A stretch of 64,000 nt of DNA from assembly GCA_963755125.1 (NCBI GenBank), contig CAVWIP010000008.1, forward strand, positions 288,001-352,000. The letters are read 5' to 3'. This DNA is from an uncultured delta proteobacterium (GTDB lineage Bacteria; Myxococcota_A; Polyangia; Fen-1088). Made by a program: the position numbers and the translations under genes. The notes under the pieces were generated by a model. It saw nothing but the letters and a program-made list of their open reading frames with translations. It did no database searches and had not been told where the DNA came from. Shown piece by piece: positions 21,947-34,400 of the stretch (its first letter is position 1; each line of letters starts with the position of its first letter).

Positions 21947-22807
21947 ATGACAGCAAGCAACTGCAGAACCATTGGTCGAGTGGTCGCCCTCGGCATCCCT
22001 CTTGGCGTCTTCCTGTCCCTCGCCGCATGCGTGATTGACGACGGCCCCACAGGGCTGCTCATCGAGCAGGACCAGTGGATTGCGACGGGATCCACTGGCT
22101 GCGTGGTTCCCGGAACAGCTACCTCCCAGCGGAGAAGCGAAGGCATTCTGGACGTCGCGGTTCTCGACCAGAACGACACGCGCTACTACTTCTACCCGCT
22201 GGTGGAGAGTCTGTTGGGCTCCTTGACCGGGGCGGGAACCAACCTCGCGTACACGCCGACCGAAGAAAAGAACAACATCACCATGAAATCGTTCCACGTC
22301 GAATTGGACGTGGCCACCAGCGCCGGCGCCGGATTTGCGTGGAGTTCCGGGTGCCCGGGCACATTTGACGTTCCAGTCGACTCATGGCTGCTTCCGCCTG
22401 GCGGCACCGTCTCTGAGATGGTGGAGATCATCAGGCCCTGCAACGCAGCCCCACTCTTCGACTCCCTGCAGGCGAATCAGTCCGTCACCTCAATCACGGT
22501 GACAGCCACAGTTCGGGCCGTGGGACGCCTGGGAAGTTCGGACATCCAGAGCCCGCCTTTCGCATTCCCGGTGCAAGTCTGCTACGGCTGCCTCCAGTCG
22601 GGATTTTCCGACCCGACTGCTTCGCAGTTCGACTTTCCGGCGGTGCCCCTGTGCTCGGATCTTACGACTAACCCGTACACCGGTGATCCGTGCAATCCGG
22701 CCCAGGACGACCCCATCCTTTGCTGTGCTACGGACGTCAACGCCCAGGGCCAGCCGACGGGGGTGCTGTGTCCGGCGATCCCGACGGGCACCAGCACGAC
22801 GCACTGA
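21947..22807 (+). CDS. Cys-rich hypothetical lipoprotein downstream of pilQ
   Basis: Lipobox LAAC, FPVQVCYGCL, many Cys; GGAGAG before the ATG. Confidence 0.7.
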   Translation: MTASNCRTIGRVVALGIPLGVFLSLAACVIDDGPTGLLIEQDQWIATGSTGCVVPGTATSQRRSEGILDVAVLDQNDTRYYFYPLVESLLGSLTGAGTNLAYTPTEEKNNITMKSFHVELDVATSAGAGFAWSSGCPGTFDVPVDSWLLPPGGTVSEMVEIIRPCNAAPLFDSLQANQSVTSITVTATVRAVGRLGSSDIQSPPFAFPVQVCYGCLQSGFSDPTASQFDFPAVPLCSDLTTNPYTGDPCNPAQDDPILCCATDVNAQGQPTGVLCPAIPTGTSTTH

Positions 22808-22831
22808 CAGAGCCGCCCCAGCCAGCCGCTA

Positions 22832-22861
22832 TTGACACGCCCGGCTCGCGGTGGCTAGAAA
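22832..22861 (+). promoter_or_regulatory. Possible sigma-70 promoter for the roadblock-aroQ-accBC genes
   Basis: TTGACA-N18-TAGAAA. Confidence 0.3.
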
Positions 22862-22874
22862 CAAAGTGCAAGTC

Positions 22875-23243
22875 ATGTTCCGCGACATCCTTCAGAAGAT
22901 GGTGGACCGCCTCGATGGGGGATTGGCGGGCATATTGATGGGCTTTGACGGCATCGCGGTTGAACATTACAGCCGGGAAGAGCACGACGGGAAGGAAGGG
23001 ATTGACATCCAGACTGTCGGCATGGAACTGGCCCACGCGGTTTCACAGATGCGCAAAGCGGTCGAACGGCTCGACTTGGGGCAAACGGCCGAGATCACCG
23101 TGCGAACGGACAAGTTGGTTATTCTGGTGTACGTGCTGAGTGAGGAATACTTCGTAGCCTGTGCCGTGCGCCCCGAGGCCAGCTTCGGCAAAGCGCGCTA
23201 CGTGATGCGCCTGGTGGCTCCCCAAATCCGGGCTGATCTGTGA
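22875..23243 (+). CDS. mglC: Roadblock/LC7 domain protein, MglC-like
   Basis: LMGFDGIAVE, FGKARYVMR; position after pilQ matches my recollection of the Myxococcus mglC locus. Confidence 0.7.
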   Translation: MFRDILQKMVDRLDGGLAGILMGFDGIAVEHYSREEHDGKEGIDIQTVGMELAHAVSQMRKAVERLDLGQTAEITVRTDKLVILVYVLSEEYFVACAVRPEASFGKARYVMRLVAPQIRADL

Positions 23244-23797
23244 GCGCCGAGCGGACATCTTTGCCTGTCGTCGTGGTTCTGCATGGCCCAAATCTGAACC
23301 TGCTGGGCTCACGAGAACCCGATATCTACGGCCACACCACGCTGCAAGAAATCAACGATGGTCTGCAGAAGAGGGGGCGCGAATTGGGGTTGCTGGTCAA
23401 GACCTTTCAATCGAACCACGAAGGCGCCCTCATCGATCGGGTGCAGCAGGCACGCGGGCAGGCCAGCGGTCTTATCATCAACGCTGGCGGGCTAACTCAT
23501 ACCAGTGTCTCTCTGCGGGATGCCATCGCAGCTGTCGCGCTGCCGACCGTGGAGGTGCATCTGTCCAACCTTCATGCGCGGGAGAAGTTTCGCCACCGCT
23601 CGCTGCTGGCCCCGGTTTGCCTTGGGCAAATTGCCGGGCTGGGGCCCGTGGGCTACCGTCTCGCGCTTGAGGCACTCGTGCACCTCATCGCCCCGCCACC
23701 GCTTGCACAGTCCGCGCCCTACCCCGACGGTGAATCGTCTCCCGCAAAGCCGCGCTCTGCGGTCGTCTCTCCGAAGAAAGGATCCCCCAACCGATGA
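23240..23797 (+). CDS. aroQ: Type II 3-dehydroquinate dehydratase
   Basis: HGPNLNLLGSREPDIYG, QSNHEG, THTSVSLRDA, EVHLSNLHARE. Confidence 0.96.
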   Translation: MSAERTSLPVVVVLHGPNLNLLGSREPDIYGHTTLQEINDGLQKRGRELGLLVKTFQSNHEGALIDRVQQARGQASGLIINAGGLTHTSVSLRDAIAAVALPTVEVHLSNLHAREKFRHRSLLAPVCLGQIAGLGPVGYRLALEALVHLIAPPPLAQSAPYPDGESSPAKPRSAVVSPKKGSPNR

Positions 23798-24327
23798 GCA
23801 AAGCCAAAGCCCCAGTCCGGAAGGACGAGAAGAAGTCCTCGTCTTGCTGTTGCGAGGAGCCGCTGTGCGCCCTCGGGCCCGAGGAACTCGCCACAGTTCG
23901 GGAACTGGCCGAGATCGCAAACGAGTTTGATCTGGCTGAACTGGGTGTCGACCCCTGCGGGGGGATACGCATCGTGCGCCGTCAAGCGAACGGCGGATTG
24001 GCCGTGTCCGCAGCGCCCGCCGCGCCCCCCTTGCCCCCGCCCGCGCCTGCTTCGACGGTCGACAAGGCGGACAAATCTGCCGAGAGCGGCGTGCTCCTCA
24101 CCTCACCGTTCGTTGGCACTTTCTACCGTGCGCCGGCGCCCGAGGCGCCCCCGTTCGTGGAGGCCGGCCAAGCCGTGCGCAAGGGTCAGGTCGTGTGCAT
24201 CGTTGAAGCCATGAAACTGATGAACGAGATCGAATCCGAATTCGACGGCAAGGTCCTCGAGATACTGGTGAAGAACGCGGAACACGTCGAGTATGGCCAG
24301 CCCTTGTTCCGCATCGAGAAGGCCTAG
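23794..24327 (+). CDS. accB: Biotin carboxyl carrier protein
   Basis: [25 protein letters not shown]. Confidence 0.95.
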   Translation: MSKAKAPVRKDEKKSSSCCCEEPLCALGPEELATVRELAEIANEFDLAELGVDPCGGIRIVRRQANGGLAVSAAPAAPPLPPPAPASTVDKADKSAESGVLLTSPFVGTFYRAPAPEAPPFVEAGQAVRKGQVVCIVEAMKLMNEIESEFDGKVLEILVKNAEHVEYGQPLFRIEKA

Positions 24328-24334
24328 GACGATC

Positions 24335-24394
24335 TCACCACAGAAGACACGGACCTCAAGCTCGGCTGCGTATTCTCTGTCTGCTCTGTGGTGA
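24335..24394. repeat. Intergenic inverted repeat (REP-like hairpin)
   Basis: TCACCACAGA (24335-24344) and TCTGTGGTGA (24385-24394). Confidence 0.6.
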
Positions 24395-24413
24395 ATCCGA
24401 AAGCACTACCACC

Positions 24414-25736
24414 GTGTTCAAGAAAGTACTGATAGCCAACCGTGGCGAAATCGCCCTACGTGTGATTCGTGCCTGTCGCGACATGGGAATCCGGTCGGTC
24501 GCGGTCCATTCCACCGCCGACACGGACGCCCTGCACGTCCGTTTCGCTGATGAGAAGGTGTGTATCGGCCCGCCTCCCACGCGCCAGAGCTACAACAACA
24601 TCCCCGCCCTGATCAGTGCGGCCGAAGTGACCGGCGCCGACGCCATCCACCCGGGCTACGGATTTCTGGCCGAGAACGCCGAGTTTGCTGAAGTCGTGGA
24701 GAAGTGTGGCCTGCATTGGATTGGCCCCCAGCCCGAACTGATGCGACTCATGGGCGACAAGGTGTCCGCTCGCAAGGCGATGGAGGCGGCGGGTGTTCCG
24801 GTGGTTCCGGGTTCACCCATCATCGAAACCGACCGTCAGGCGGACGAGGCGGTCGAACGCATCGGCCTGCCCGTCATCATCAAGGCGACCGGCGGCGGTG
24901 GCGGTCGGGGCATGAAGATCGTCGAAGACAAGTCGCGGCTGCTCGCCCAGCTGGCCTCGGCCCGGGCCGAAGCCCAGGCCGGATTCAACAACCCGGCAGT
25001 CTACCTGGAGCGCTACATCGGACGGCCCCGCCACATCGAGGTGCAGGTTCTGGGTGATGGCTCGTCGGCCATCGCCATGGGCGAGCGCGAGTGCTCCATC
25101 CAGCGCCGACACCAGAAACTGATCGAGGAGGCACCTTCGGTGGCGCTCGACGACGCGCGGCGCGTAGAGCTTCTGCGCGCAGCACGCAAGGCCACCGCAG
25201 CCATCGGCTACCGCACGGTTGGCACCCTGGAATTCCTGCTCGACCAGGACAAGCACTTTTACTTCATCGAAATGAACACGCGCATCCAAGTCGAGCACAC
25301 CGTCACCGAGACGGTCTTTGGCCTGGATCTGGTGCGGGAGCAGATGAAGCTGGCCGCAGGGGACCCACTGCGTCTCCATCCAGACATGCGGCCACGCGGT
25401 CACGCGATCGAGGTTCGCATCAATGCGGAGGATCCTGTAACCTTCGCGCCCTCGCCCGGGCTCATCACGGCACTCAACCTCCCCGGCGGGCCAGGAGTGC
25501 GCGTCGACACGCACATCTACGCCCACTATCGCGTTCCCTCGTATTACGACTCGTTGCTGGCAAAGCTGATCGTGCATGGGGAGAACCGTCCCGTCGCCTT
25601 GGCCAGGTTGCGTCGGGCGTTGGCCGAGGTGGTGGTGGAGGGAATCAAGACCAACGTCGACCTCCACAAGCGGGTCATCGACCACCCGGATTTCATCGCC
25701 GGCCGCTTCGATACTCACTTCCTCGAACGCCTTTGA
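24414..25736 (+). CDS. accC: Biotin carboxylase
   Basis: [53 protein letters not shown]. Confidence 0.96.
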   Translation: MFKKVLIANRGEIALRVIRACRDMGIRSVAVHSTADTDALHVRFADEKVCIGPPPTRQSYNNIPALISAAEVTGADAIHPGYGFLAENAEFAEVVEKCGLHWIGPQPELMRLMGDKVSARKAMEAAGVPVVPGSPIIETDRQADEAVERIGLPVIIKATGGGGGRGMKIVEDKSRLLAQLASARAEAQAGFNNPAVYLERYIGRPRHIEVQVLGDGSSAIAMGERECSIQRRHQKLIEEAPSVALDDARRVELLRAARKATAAIGYRTVGTLEFLLDQDKHFYFIEMNTRIQVEHTVTETVFGLDLVREQMKLAAGDPLRLHPDMRPRGHAIEVRINAEDPVTFAPSPGLITALNLPGGPGVRVDTHIYAHYRVPSYYDSLLAKLIVHGENRPVALARLRRALAEVVVEGIKTNVDLHKRVIDHPDFIAGRFDTHFLERL

Positions 25737-25886
25737 GTCGGCTGCGGCGTGACGATCGGAGCCACATCCTCGGCGCTGGCTCCCTCGTTTCTGCGGTGTG
25801 CTATGATGGCGGGCAATCGCAAACTTCAGTCCACGCCTTTACAGGTTTACCGTATGCGGTAACACTGTTAGAGCGGACCCGTCCAG

Positions 25887-28274
25887 GTGGTAACCAAGAA
25901 AGACAAGTACCTCGCAGCAGCGCAGAAGTACCTTGAGCGGGGAAGCCTTGAAAAGGCTTTGGCGGAGTTCCAGAACGCCGTCAAGGAAGATGCCAAGGAT
26001 ACCCGCACATGGCTGCGCATGGCGGAGGTGCACGTTCGCCTCGGACAGAACGACAAGGCCACCGAGGTTTATCAGAAGACGGTGGACCTGTACGTCGAGC
26101 AGGGGTTCTTCCAGCGCGCGGTAGCGGTCTACAAGAACATCATCAAGCTTGCTCCTGAGTCGGTGGAGGCCCGCCTCAAGCTGGCGGATGTCTACCGCCA
26201 GCTGGGACTGTTCTCGGATGCCATCCAGCACCTGGAACAGGCTGTCTCGCTACACCAGAAGGCCGGCCGGATTTCCGAGGCGCTGGCCGCAATGAAGCAG
26301 ATCCTCGATCTCAATCCCGATCAGCCGGCCACGCGCATCCGCTATGCCGAGATGGCTGTGCAAGCGGGACAGGTGGACGAGGCGGCGGTCCAGTTCCGCG
26401 AGGCGGCCAGTCTGCTCAAAGCGCAAGGGCGAACTGATGAGTTCACGCGTGTGGCTGAGCGAATCCTGTACTATCAGCCCGAAGATCTTGCCCTGAGCAA
26501 GGAGGTTGCCTCCGGTTACCTCGATCGCAACAACGCCCGGGCCGCCCTCGCCCGCCTCAAGCCCTGTTTCGATGCCAACCAGAGCGATCCTGCGATCCTC
26601 GATCTTCTGGCCCGCTGCTTCGAGCAACTAGGGCAGCCGCACAAGAGCCTGCCGGTGCTCAAGGAACTCTGTCGCATCTACGGCAGCACCGGACGCATGG
26701 CGGAGCGCAACCACACCATCCAGCGGGCGCTGGCCCTGGATCCGAATGATCCAGAAATCCACGCGATGCTGGGGGGCACGTCTCCTGGCAGCGGCCAGGG
26801 CTCCGCGCCTGTCATCCCTCTGCACCGGCGGATGCCCACCCTGTCGAGCGGCACGACGCCCAGTCCAGTGACGCCCAACCGATCCGTGGCCATCACCTTC
26901 AGCGAGATGGAGGTTCCGACTGCCCTGCAAAACAAGTACAAGACGCCATCTCCTGATGACGTTCCCAGTGTAGCAGACCGAATGGCCATCGCCTCGGGCC
27001 TGGTGGAGAAGCCCGAAGAGGAGGCCGAAATCAAGAGGATCCTGGCCGAGGCCGATGTGTTCGTGAAGTACGGTCTGGTAGAGCGTGCCGCCGAACATCT
27101 TCGACACGTGTTCGAGCGAGTTCCCACGCATGTTGGGGCGCACGAGCGCCTGGCCGCGGTGTTGATCCAACTCGGCCGCAAGGCCGAAGCGGCCGCGGAA
27201 CTGGAGGTTCTGGCCCATCAGCTTTTCCCGTCCAGCCGCACCAACGCGGCCACTTACGCGCGCCGAGCGCTGGAATTGAACCCGAGCGCAAGGCGGGCAC
27301 AGGAACTGCTGGCTGCGGCCAATCGCATGACACCAGGGACTGCACTGCCCGCGGCGGTGGCAGCCGGCGCAGCTGCCCCTTCCCGCAAAGGGGGAACGCC
27401 CGAGCCCGAACTGATTGACAGCAGCGATATCGAGATCCTTGGGGATGGGACCACAGGGGAGGAGGAGGCGGAAAAGACCCGCGCGGTGGTGGCGCTGGCC
27501 GACGCGTTCGGGAGCGGCGAGGTCGATGCTGGGGGAGAGGCTGGGGACTTTGACGAGGGAAACACGCCTGCTTCACCCGCAGCCCGACCAGGACCGCAAA
27601 GCGTGCAAGCACCTCCCGCGAACAGGGCGGACGAAGAGGACGTAGCTTCTAATGCGGTGTTGGGCGACCTGGAGCAAGTGGATTTCTTCATCGAGCAGGA
27701 TCTGGGCGACGAGGCGCAGGCATTGCTCGACGATCTCGAGCGCCGCCATCCTGGCCACATCCTGGTAGCGGACCGACGCGAGAAGCTGATGGCTCTCAGG
27801 CAAAACGCGGCGCCCACACAACTGCTGACGCCGGAACCGACCGTGCCCGCGGAGCCGGCCCCGGTGCCGCACGCGGCCACGGGAACATCCGCCTCGCGAG
27901 ACCTCGACACCGAGGCTGACCTGGGCCTGATGAACAAGAGCATGGAGCGCCACGATCTCGCCATCCAGCACTTCACGGCGCTGCTGGGCGACCCGAGGCG
28001 TGAAGTCTTTGCCCTTAGCATGATCGGCGAAAGCCACGAGGCCATGGGCAACCACGCTGAGGCCACTCGTTGCTTCCAGGATGCGCTCAAGAGTCCGCGT
28101 GCCACCGAGGAAGAGGCCACGCAACTCTACTTCCTGCTCGGCAACGTCTTTTACAACACGGGCGATCGCGCCGAGGCCCTCTATTACTTCGAGCGCGTTT
28201 CCAAGCGAGATCCGACCTTCCGTGACGTACAGCGCCGTTTGGCTGCACTGAAGTCGCGCGGCAGCCCTCAGTAG
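25887..28274 (+). CDS. TPR protein, SgmX-like
   Basis: N-terminal TPRs (GFFQRAVAVYK), EADVFVKYGL, C-terminal TPRs ending FRDVQRR; position after accC. Confidence 0.7.
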   Translation: MVTKKDKYLAAAQKYLERGSLEKALAEFQNAVKEDAKDTRTWLRMAEVHVRLGQNDKATEVYQKTVDLYVEQGFFQRAVAVYKNIIKLAPESVEARLKLADVYRQLGLFSDAIQHLEQAVSLHQKAGRISEALAAMKQILDLNPDQPATRIRYAEMAVQAGQVDEAAVQFREAASLLKAQGRTDEFTRVAERILYYQPEDLALSKEVASGYLDRNNARAALARLKPCFDANQSDPAILDLLARCFEQLGQPHKSLPVLKELCRIYGSTGRMAERNHTIQRALALDPNDPEIHAMLGGTSPGSGQGSAPVIPLHRRMPTLSSGTTPSPVTPNRSVAITFSEMEVPTALQNKYKTPSPDDVPSVADRMAIASGLVEKPEEEAEIKRILAEADVFVKYGLVERAAEHLRHVFERVPTHVGAHERLAAVLIQLGRKAEAAAELEVLAHQLFPSSRTNAATYARRALELNPSARRAQELLAAANRMTPGTALPAAVAAGAAAPSRKGGTPEPELIDSSDIEILGDGTTGEEEAEKTRAVVALADAFGSGEVDAGGEAGDFDEGNTPASPAARPGPQSVQAPPANRADEEDVASNAVLGDLEQVDFFIEQDLGDEAQALLDDLERRHPGHILVADRREKLMALRQNAAPTQLLTPEPTVPAEPAPVPHAATGTSASRDLDTEADLGLMNKSMERHDLAIQHFTALLGDPRREVFALSMIGESHEAMGNHAEATRCFQDALKSPRATEEEATQLYFLLGNVFYNTGDRAEALYYFERVSKRDPTFRDVQRRLAALKSRGSPQ

Positions 28275-28407
28275 CTAGCAACTTCCGCCCTCGCACGGCT
28301 CTTGGTTTCCCGCGCCGGTGATGCTAGCGTCGGCTCCCTTACTAGAGCGTCACTTCCCTGGTTGTAGCCTGACCGGCGCCGTCGCCTGATCCTGCGGAGG
28401 GCCCGAA

Positions 28408-31400
28408 ATGCCCAGCGAGCGCGAGTACGAACAGGTCTTGCAGAAAGAGCCCGCCAACGGCGACGCGTTCGTGGCGCTGCGCAAGGCCTATCGTGAGTCG
28501 GGCCGCTTCGACAGGTTGGTCACGTTGTACGAAACGCGTGCCCAAGCCATCGAAGACCAAGCCAAAGCGGCTGAGCTCTTCTATCTTGCGGCCGAGGTCC
28601 GTCTGGACCACCTCAGCGACACGTCAGGAGCCGAGGCGGACCTGGCGCACGCGGTGAGCCGCGACGCTAGCCATCGCAAGGCGGCCAAGCGTCTGAAAGA
28701 TATCTACCGCGAGCAAGGCCGCACCGACGAGTACCTGACCATGCTGGAGATGGAGGCGGTGGCGGTGATGCGTGCGAAGGATTCGGCGCGCATCGAGGAA
28801 CTCAAGACTGAGGCCGAGCAAGCCGCTGGCCCGGAAATTCAACGCATCGCGCGGGCGGTTTCCACGCCTGCCCTGCGTGGCAGCGTCACGGCCGAACACC
28901 TAAAGACCGTCGAGCAGGCGCGAAAGATCTTCGCGGCCATCGGCGAGTACCAAACCGCGTGCCGTCTGTATGACCTGGAGCTAGCAGCCACCACCGATCC
29001 AAAGCGACGCGCGAACCTGACCTTCCGGCTGGGACGGATGCTGGCCGAGAAGGTCGGCGACTTGCAGCAAGCGGCCCAGAAGCTGAGCGATGTGGTGCGG
29101 CTCTACCCGCGCGACGAAAAGGCGTTGGATACGCTGGCCGGGGTCTTCGCCAACCCTCAGTGGACGGGCGCGGATGGCCCGGAACGGGCCGTCGGCCTGT
29201 ACAGCCAGATCGCACGTCGCCGCCACGAGGCTGGCGACGTGGACAGCGCGGTGACAGCTCTGCGCAAAGCCCTGAGTGCGGTGCCCGGCCATTCCGAAGC
29301 CTCGGCGCTCATGGAGCGCGTGCTGACCAGCGCGGGCCGGCTCACTGACCTGGACCGTTTTCTGCGCGAGCGCGCGGCCACTGCGCACACCGACCAGGAG
29401 AAGATCGAGGTCTTGTTCAGACGGGCGCACTTGGCCCGCACCTCGCTCAACGACGTGGCCGAGGCGATGCGCATCTACCAGGAAATCGTGGCCCTGGAAC
29501 CACCGGGGGGAACCGCGTCGCAAGAGTTGGCCACGCTGTACCTGGAACGTCAGGACTACGGCAAGCTGGCCGAGTTGCGCGAGCGGCAGCTCGAGAAGGC
29601 AACGGACCCCGAGTTCCGTCTCACCTTGCAGCGTGAGTTGGCGTCGCTTTACCGTGACCGGCTGGGTGACCGCGAGCAGGCCGCGGTGTACTTGCACGCC
29701 ATCCTGCAAACCCGGCCCAGCGATCCGGAAGCTCTGCGCGCCTACGCCGAACATTTTCGCCAGCGCGGCGCATGGCGCGAGCTGGCCGACGTGCTGGAAT
29801 TTGCGCTCGACCACGCACGCTCGACGGGCGCCGATGCATCCGAGTTGCTGCCGCGCCTGGAAGAAGTGGCGGTCATCGCCGAGACCAAGCTGGGCGACAT
29901 CGATCGCGCGCTGACGGTTTGGCGGCGGATGTTCGAGATCGATCCCAGTTACCAGCGGGCGCGCGAGGCCTGCAAGCGCATCCTGCAGAAGGCCGGCCGT
30001 TGGGAGGAGATGGCGACCGTGCTGGCCGAGGACGCGGCAGCCAGCGAGCCCGACGCCCGGGCCGAGATTCTGCGTCGCCTGGCCCGGTTGTGCCTCGATA
30101 AACTCAACGCACCCGATCGCGCGGCGGCCGTCTACCGTGACGTGCTCGCGCTCGATGCCAAGGACGCGATCGCACTGCGTGCCGTGGTGGAGGCCTATGA
30201 GCGGGCCGAGCAGTGGGCCGAGCTTGCCGCCCTCTTGCGCAACCAGGTCGAACTGACCAGCGTCGACGCCGAGAAGGTCAATTTTCTACGTCGCCTGCTG
30301 GGCCTGTACGAGGAGCGCTTGGCCGATCCATCGTCCGCCTCGTGGGCTGCGGCGCAGATTCTCAAGCTCCTGCCCGGCGACCGCGACGCCCTGGTGCGCC
30401 TGGAGAGCATCTTCGAGCGCTCGAATGACAAGCCTCGTCTGGTCAAGATGCTCGAGTATCACCTCCGCCACGCTACCAACGCGGAGGAGAAACTGGCGCT
30501 GGTCCGGCGCATCGCTGACCTCTTGCAGACCGACGACTTCGACCGGGCCATCCCCTACTGGGAAAATGTGCTGAAGCACGTTCCCGGGGACCAGCAGGCC
30601 CTGCAGGCGTTGCTCGCGGGTTACGAAAAGGCGGGACAGCCCGAGGACGTGGCGCGCACCCTGGACATGCAGATCGCCGCACTGGCCGCCGATCCACCGG
30701 CGCAGGCCGAGCTGTTGCGGCGGCTGGCTCGCCTGGCCCGTGACGGACTCAAGGACACCCCACGCGCCCAACAAGCCTGGAAGGATTTGCTCAAGATTTT
30801 GCCAGCCGATCACGAGGGACTGGAGGCGCTCTCAGCCATCGCGTCGGAACAGTCCGACTGGGGGACGCTGGCGGATCTGATGGCGCGCCGGATCGCTGTC
30901 TCGACCAATCCGGCCGAGGCGGTTCCCCTGGCCCTTCAGCGCGCCAGCCTGCTGGTCGAGAAGCTGGATGAGCCGGCCGAGGCGATCCGGGCGCTGGAGC
31001 ACATCATCAGCGATCTCGATCCCGCCAGCGTGGAGGCGCACCAAGCCTTGCGCCGGGTGGCCGAGGCTCGCGACGATTGGCCGCGCGTGGCGATGGTGGC
31101 GGAACGACAACTGAGCTTCGCCACCGATCCCAAGGAGCGCGTCGCGCGGGCGTTGGAAATCGGATGCGTGTATCGCGATCGCCTGCAGGATGCAAAGAAG
31201 GCCATCGGCGCTTTCGAACGGGTGGTCGAGATCGAGCCCGAGCAGTCGGACGCGCTAGCCGCTCTGGCGCCGCTCTACGCCGAGACGAATGACGGAGAGG
31301 CGTTCATCGCCACCTCCGAGAAACTCTTGCGTCAGACCGAGGATCTCACCCACCGGCGTCCGCTGCTCTTCGACATGGCCGAGGCTGCCGAAACCATGCT

Positions 31401-34400
31401 CGACGAGCCGCGCCGGGCCTTCGAGCTGTTCCGGCGCGCCTATGTCGAGAGGCCCGACGAGGAGGCGCTGGCCCGCCTGGAAGCGACTGCCGAGGCCCAC
31501 GAGCTGTGGGAGGATCTCATCAAGGTGTACGCGGGCGAGGGCGCGCGCTCGGTGGATCCGCTCGCGCAGGTGCAGGTGGCGATGAAGGTGGCTGGGTTGT
31601 GCGAGAGTCGGCTGCAGCAACCGGCACGCGCCTTCACTGTACTGCGCGAGGCGCTGGCCCACGACCCGGCGGGAACAACCCTGCTGCCCGAGTTGGAACG
31701 GCTGGCTCGCACGACCAAGGACTGGCAAGGGCTGCTCGACGTGTACGCGCAAGTGGCGCGTGGCCGTCCTGCGCCGGAAGACCGCTTTGCCCTCCTCTGC
31801 CTGCGTGCGGGCGTGCGCGAGACCGAGATGGGCGATCCTTCGGGCGCCTTCGACGAGCTGTTGCGCGCTTTCGCCCTCTCTCCGGGCCACGAGACCACCC
31901 GGGGCGAGCTCTTGCGTCTGGCCGAGGCCACCGGACGCTGGGAGGATGCGCTGGCGGTTGAGGGACAAGCCTTCGCACGCGCCACCACCACCGCGGAGAA
32001 GGTGGGCGTGGCACTGCGGGCGGCGGCCTTGGTCGAGGACAAGGTCAAGGACCGCGTGCGTGCCTTCCGCGCCTACCTGAATGCGTTCCGTCTGGCGCCC
32101 GAGGATGGAGAGATCGTGGCCAACCTCTGGCGGCTGGGGTTTCTCATCGGCCGCTATGAGGACCTGGGACCGGTAGGGGTTTCTGCCACTGTCCGCGCAG
32201 AGAGCAACGCCCTGCCGCCCGAGAGCGAGAGCGCTGATGTCGACTTGCTGACGCCCGCGCCGCTGGCAGTCGGCCAGGCCGCAGCGCCGCAGCTGGAATT
32301 CGACGAAGTGACGGGCGAGATCGACATCGGCGAAGTGGATCTGGTTGACCCGGCGGATTTGCCCGAGCCAGCTACCGCAGCCGGCGCGCCAGCCGCCACC
32401 GGCTTCGAGACGCCGTGGCAGGAATGGGTGCAAGCCTATGAGTTGCTGCCTGCCGATCTCATCACCCGACATCACTACCTGAAGCAGCAAGCCGACATTT
32501 GGGAGCGGGGCGCCCACAACAGCGATCTGGCGCTGGCCACGCTGGAGCGAGCTTTCGTCCTGAAGACGACGGACGAATCGGTGCGGGCCGAGATGGAGCG
32601 CTTGGCGCGCGAGGGTGACCGTTGGGATCACGTGTGCGAGATCTACCAACGCGCGGCGGAGCGAGAGGGGCGGGCCGAGGCCGTGGCACTGCACCTTCGG
32701 GTGGGACAGATCCGCGAAGAGCTGGGACAGATTGCGCTCGCCGAGGAGCGCTACCGCAAGGTGATCGTGCTGGAGACCGACAACCCCGTCGCGGTGGATC
32801 GGCTTGAACAGATTTACCGAGGGCAAGAGCGCTGGGCTGACCTGGCGCAGGTGCTGGAACGTCGTATCACCGTGCCGGGTGGACGCTTGGAAGGCGCAGA
32901 GGCGCGCAAACGAGCCTTCGAACTGGCCGAGCTATACGAAAAGCGGCTGGAACGGCCCTACGAAGCGGTGGACACGCTCGAACGTTACGTGGCAAGCGCC
33001 GAGGAAGAGGAGCGCGGACTGGCGGCGGGCGACCCACACGCGTCGGTTCTGGCGCTGGAGGCGCGCGCCGGCTACGCGTCGCTGGCGCGCCTTTATGGTC
33101 GGGTGGGCATGGCGCAGAAGGCGGCCTCGGCGCTGCAGCGCGAGTTGGAGTTGACGGGTGAGGGAGAAGACGCACGCGGGGCGCGCTGGCACCTGGCCGA
33201 GATCTACGAACGTGAGCTGTCGCTGCCCGCACGGGCGGTGGACATGTACGAGGACATCCTGAAGCGAGCGCCGCAGGACGCCGAGGCCCTGGCCGCACTG
33301 GACCGCCTGCAACAGGCCATGGGTCGCTTCGAAGCCTTGGCCGAGGTGCTGCGCCGGCGCGCCGAGATCAGCGAGGGCACGGAGAAGAGCGAGCTGGTGT
33401 GGCGGCGCGCGCGCATCCTGGAAGAGAAGCTGGGCAATCCGGAGGCCGCGGCGGCCTGCCTGCGCGACCTGGGCTCCGACGCGCTCTCCGACGAGCGGAC
33501 CGCGGCGGCGCTCTTGCGCAACCTGCGCAACGCGGGTTTGGCCCATGAGGCCTTGCGCATCCTCGAGCAGCGCATCGGCGTGATGAGCAAGGCTGGTGGC
33601 GACCCCAAGCTGATTGCAGCCCTGAACCTCGAGATGGCCCAGCTGAAGTCAGACGACCTGTCGGACCCCAAGGGAGCCCAGCAAGCCATCGAGGCGGCCT
33701 TCGCCCTGCAGCCGGAAGACCCGGCGGTGCTCGCCGCGCTGGCGCGCTTCCACCTCAAACACAACGATTTCCAGTCCTACGCGGCGGTTCTCTTGCGCCG
33801 GGCCGATGCGCTGGCGGGCCAGCCCGAACAGGCCGCGGCGCTGCTGGAGGCGGGCGCCGTGTTCCGCGATCAGCTCGGCCAGATGGCCGAGGCGCGGGCC
33901 TGCTTCGAGAAGGCGGTCGCCCTGCATCCTTCAAATCCCGAGGTGCTGGCGGCGCTGGCGGCCATGCTGGCCGGCGAGGGCCGCATCGACGAGGCCACGG
34001 CCCTTTACGAACGACAGCTCAGTCTGAGTGATTCGCCTTCGGCCAAGGCCGCGGTGCTGACCAACTTGGCCCGCGCGCTGTGCGAGAAGCCCGACGGCCT
34101 CACCGAAGCCGAGCGCCGGCTCGACGAGGCGCTGGACCTGGACCCCAATCACCTGCCGGCCGTGGTCACCATGGCCGACATCCTGTACCGCGAGGAGCAG
34201 TGGGATCGGGCCGAGCGCAGATTGAACGAGGCGCTCCGGCGCATGCGGGGTCAGCCCGAGCAGGCGGCCAAGCTCTATCATCGGCTGGGCGAGGTCTATG
34301 AAAAGCTGGGACGCCTTGACGAAGGCTACCGGCAACTGGTGGAGGCCGACAAGGCTCTGCCTGGACAGCTTATGCTGCGAATTGCCCTGGGCGAAAACCG

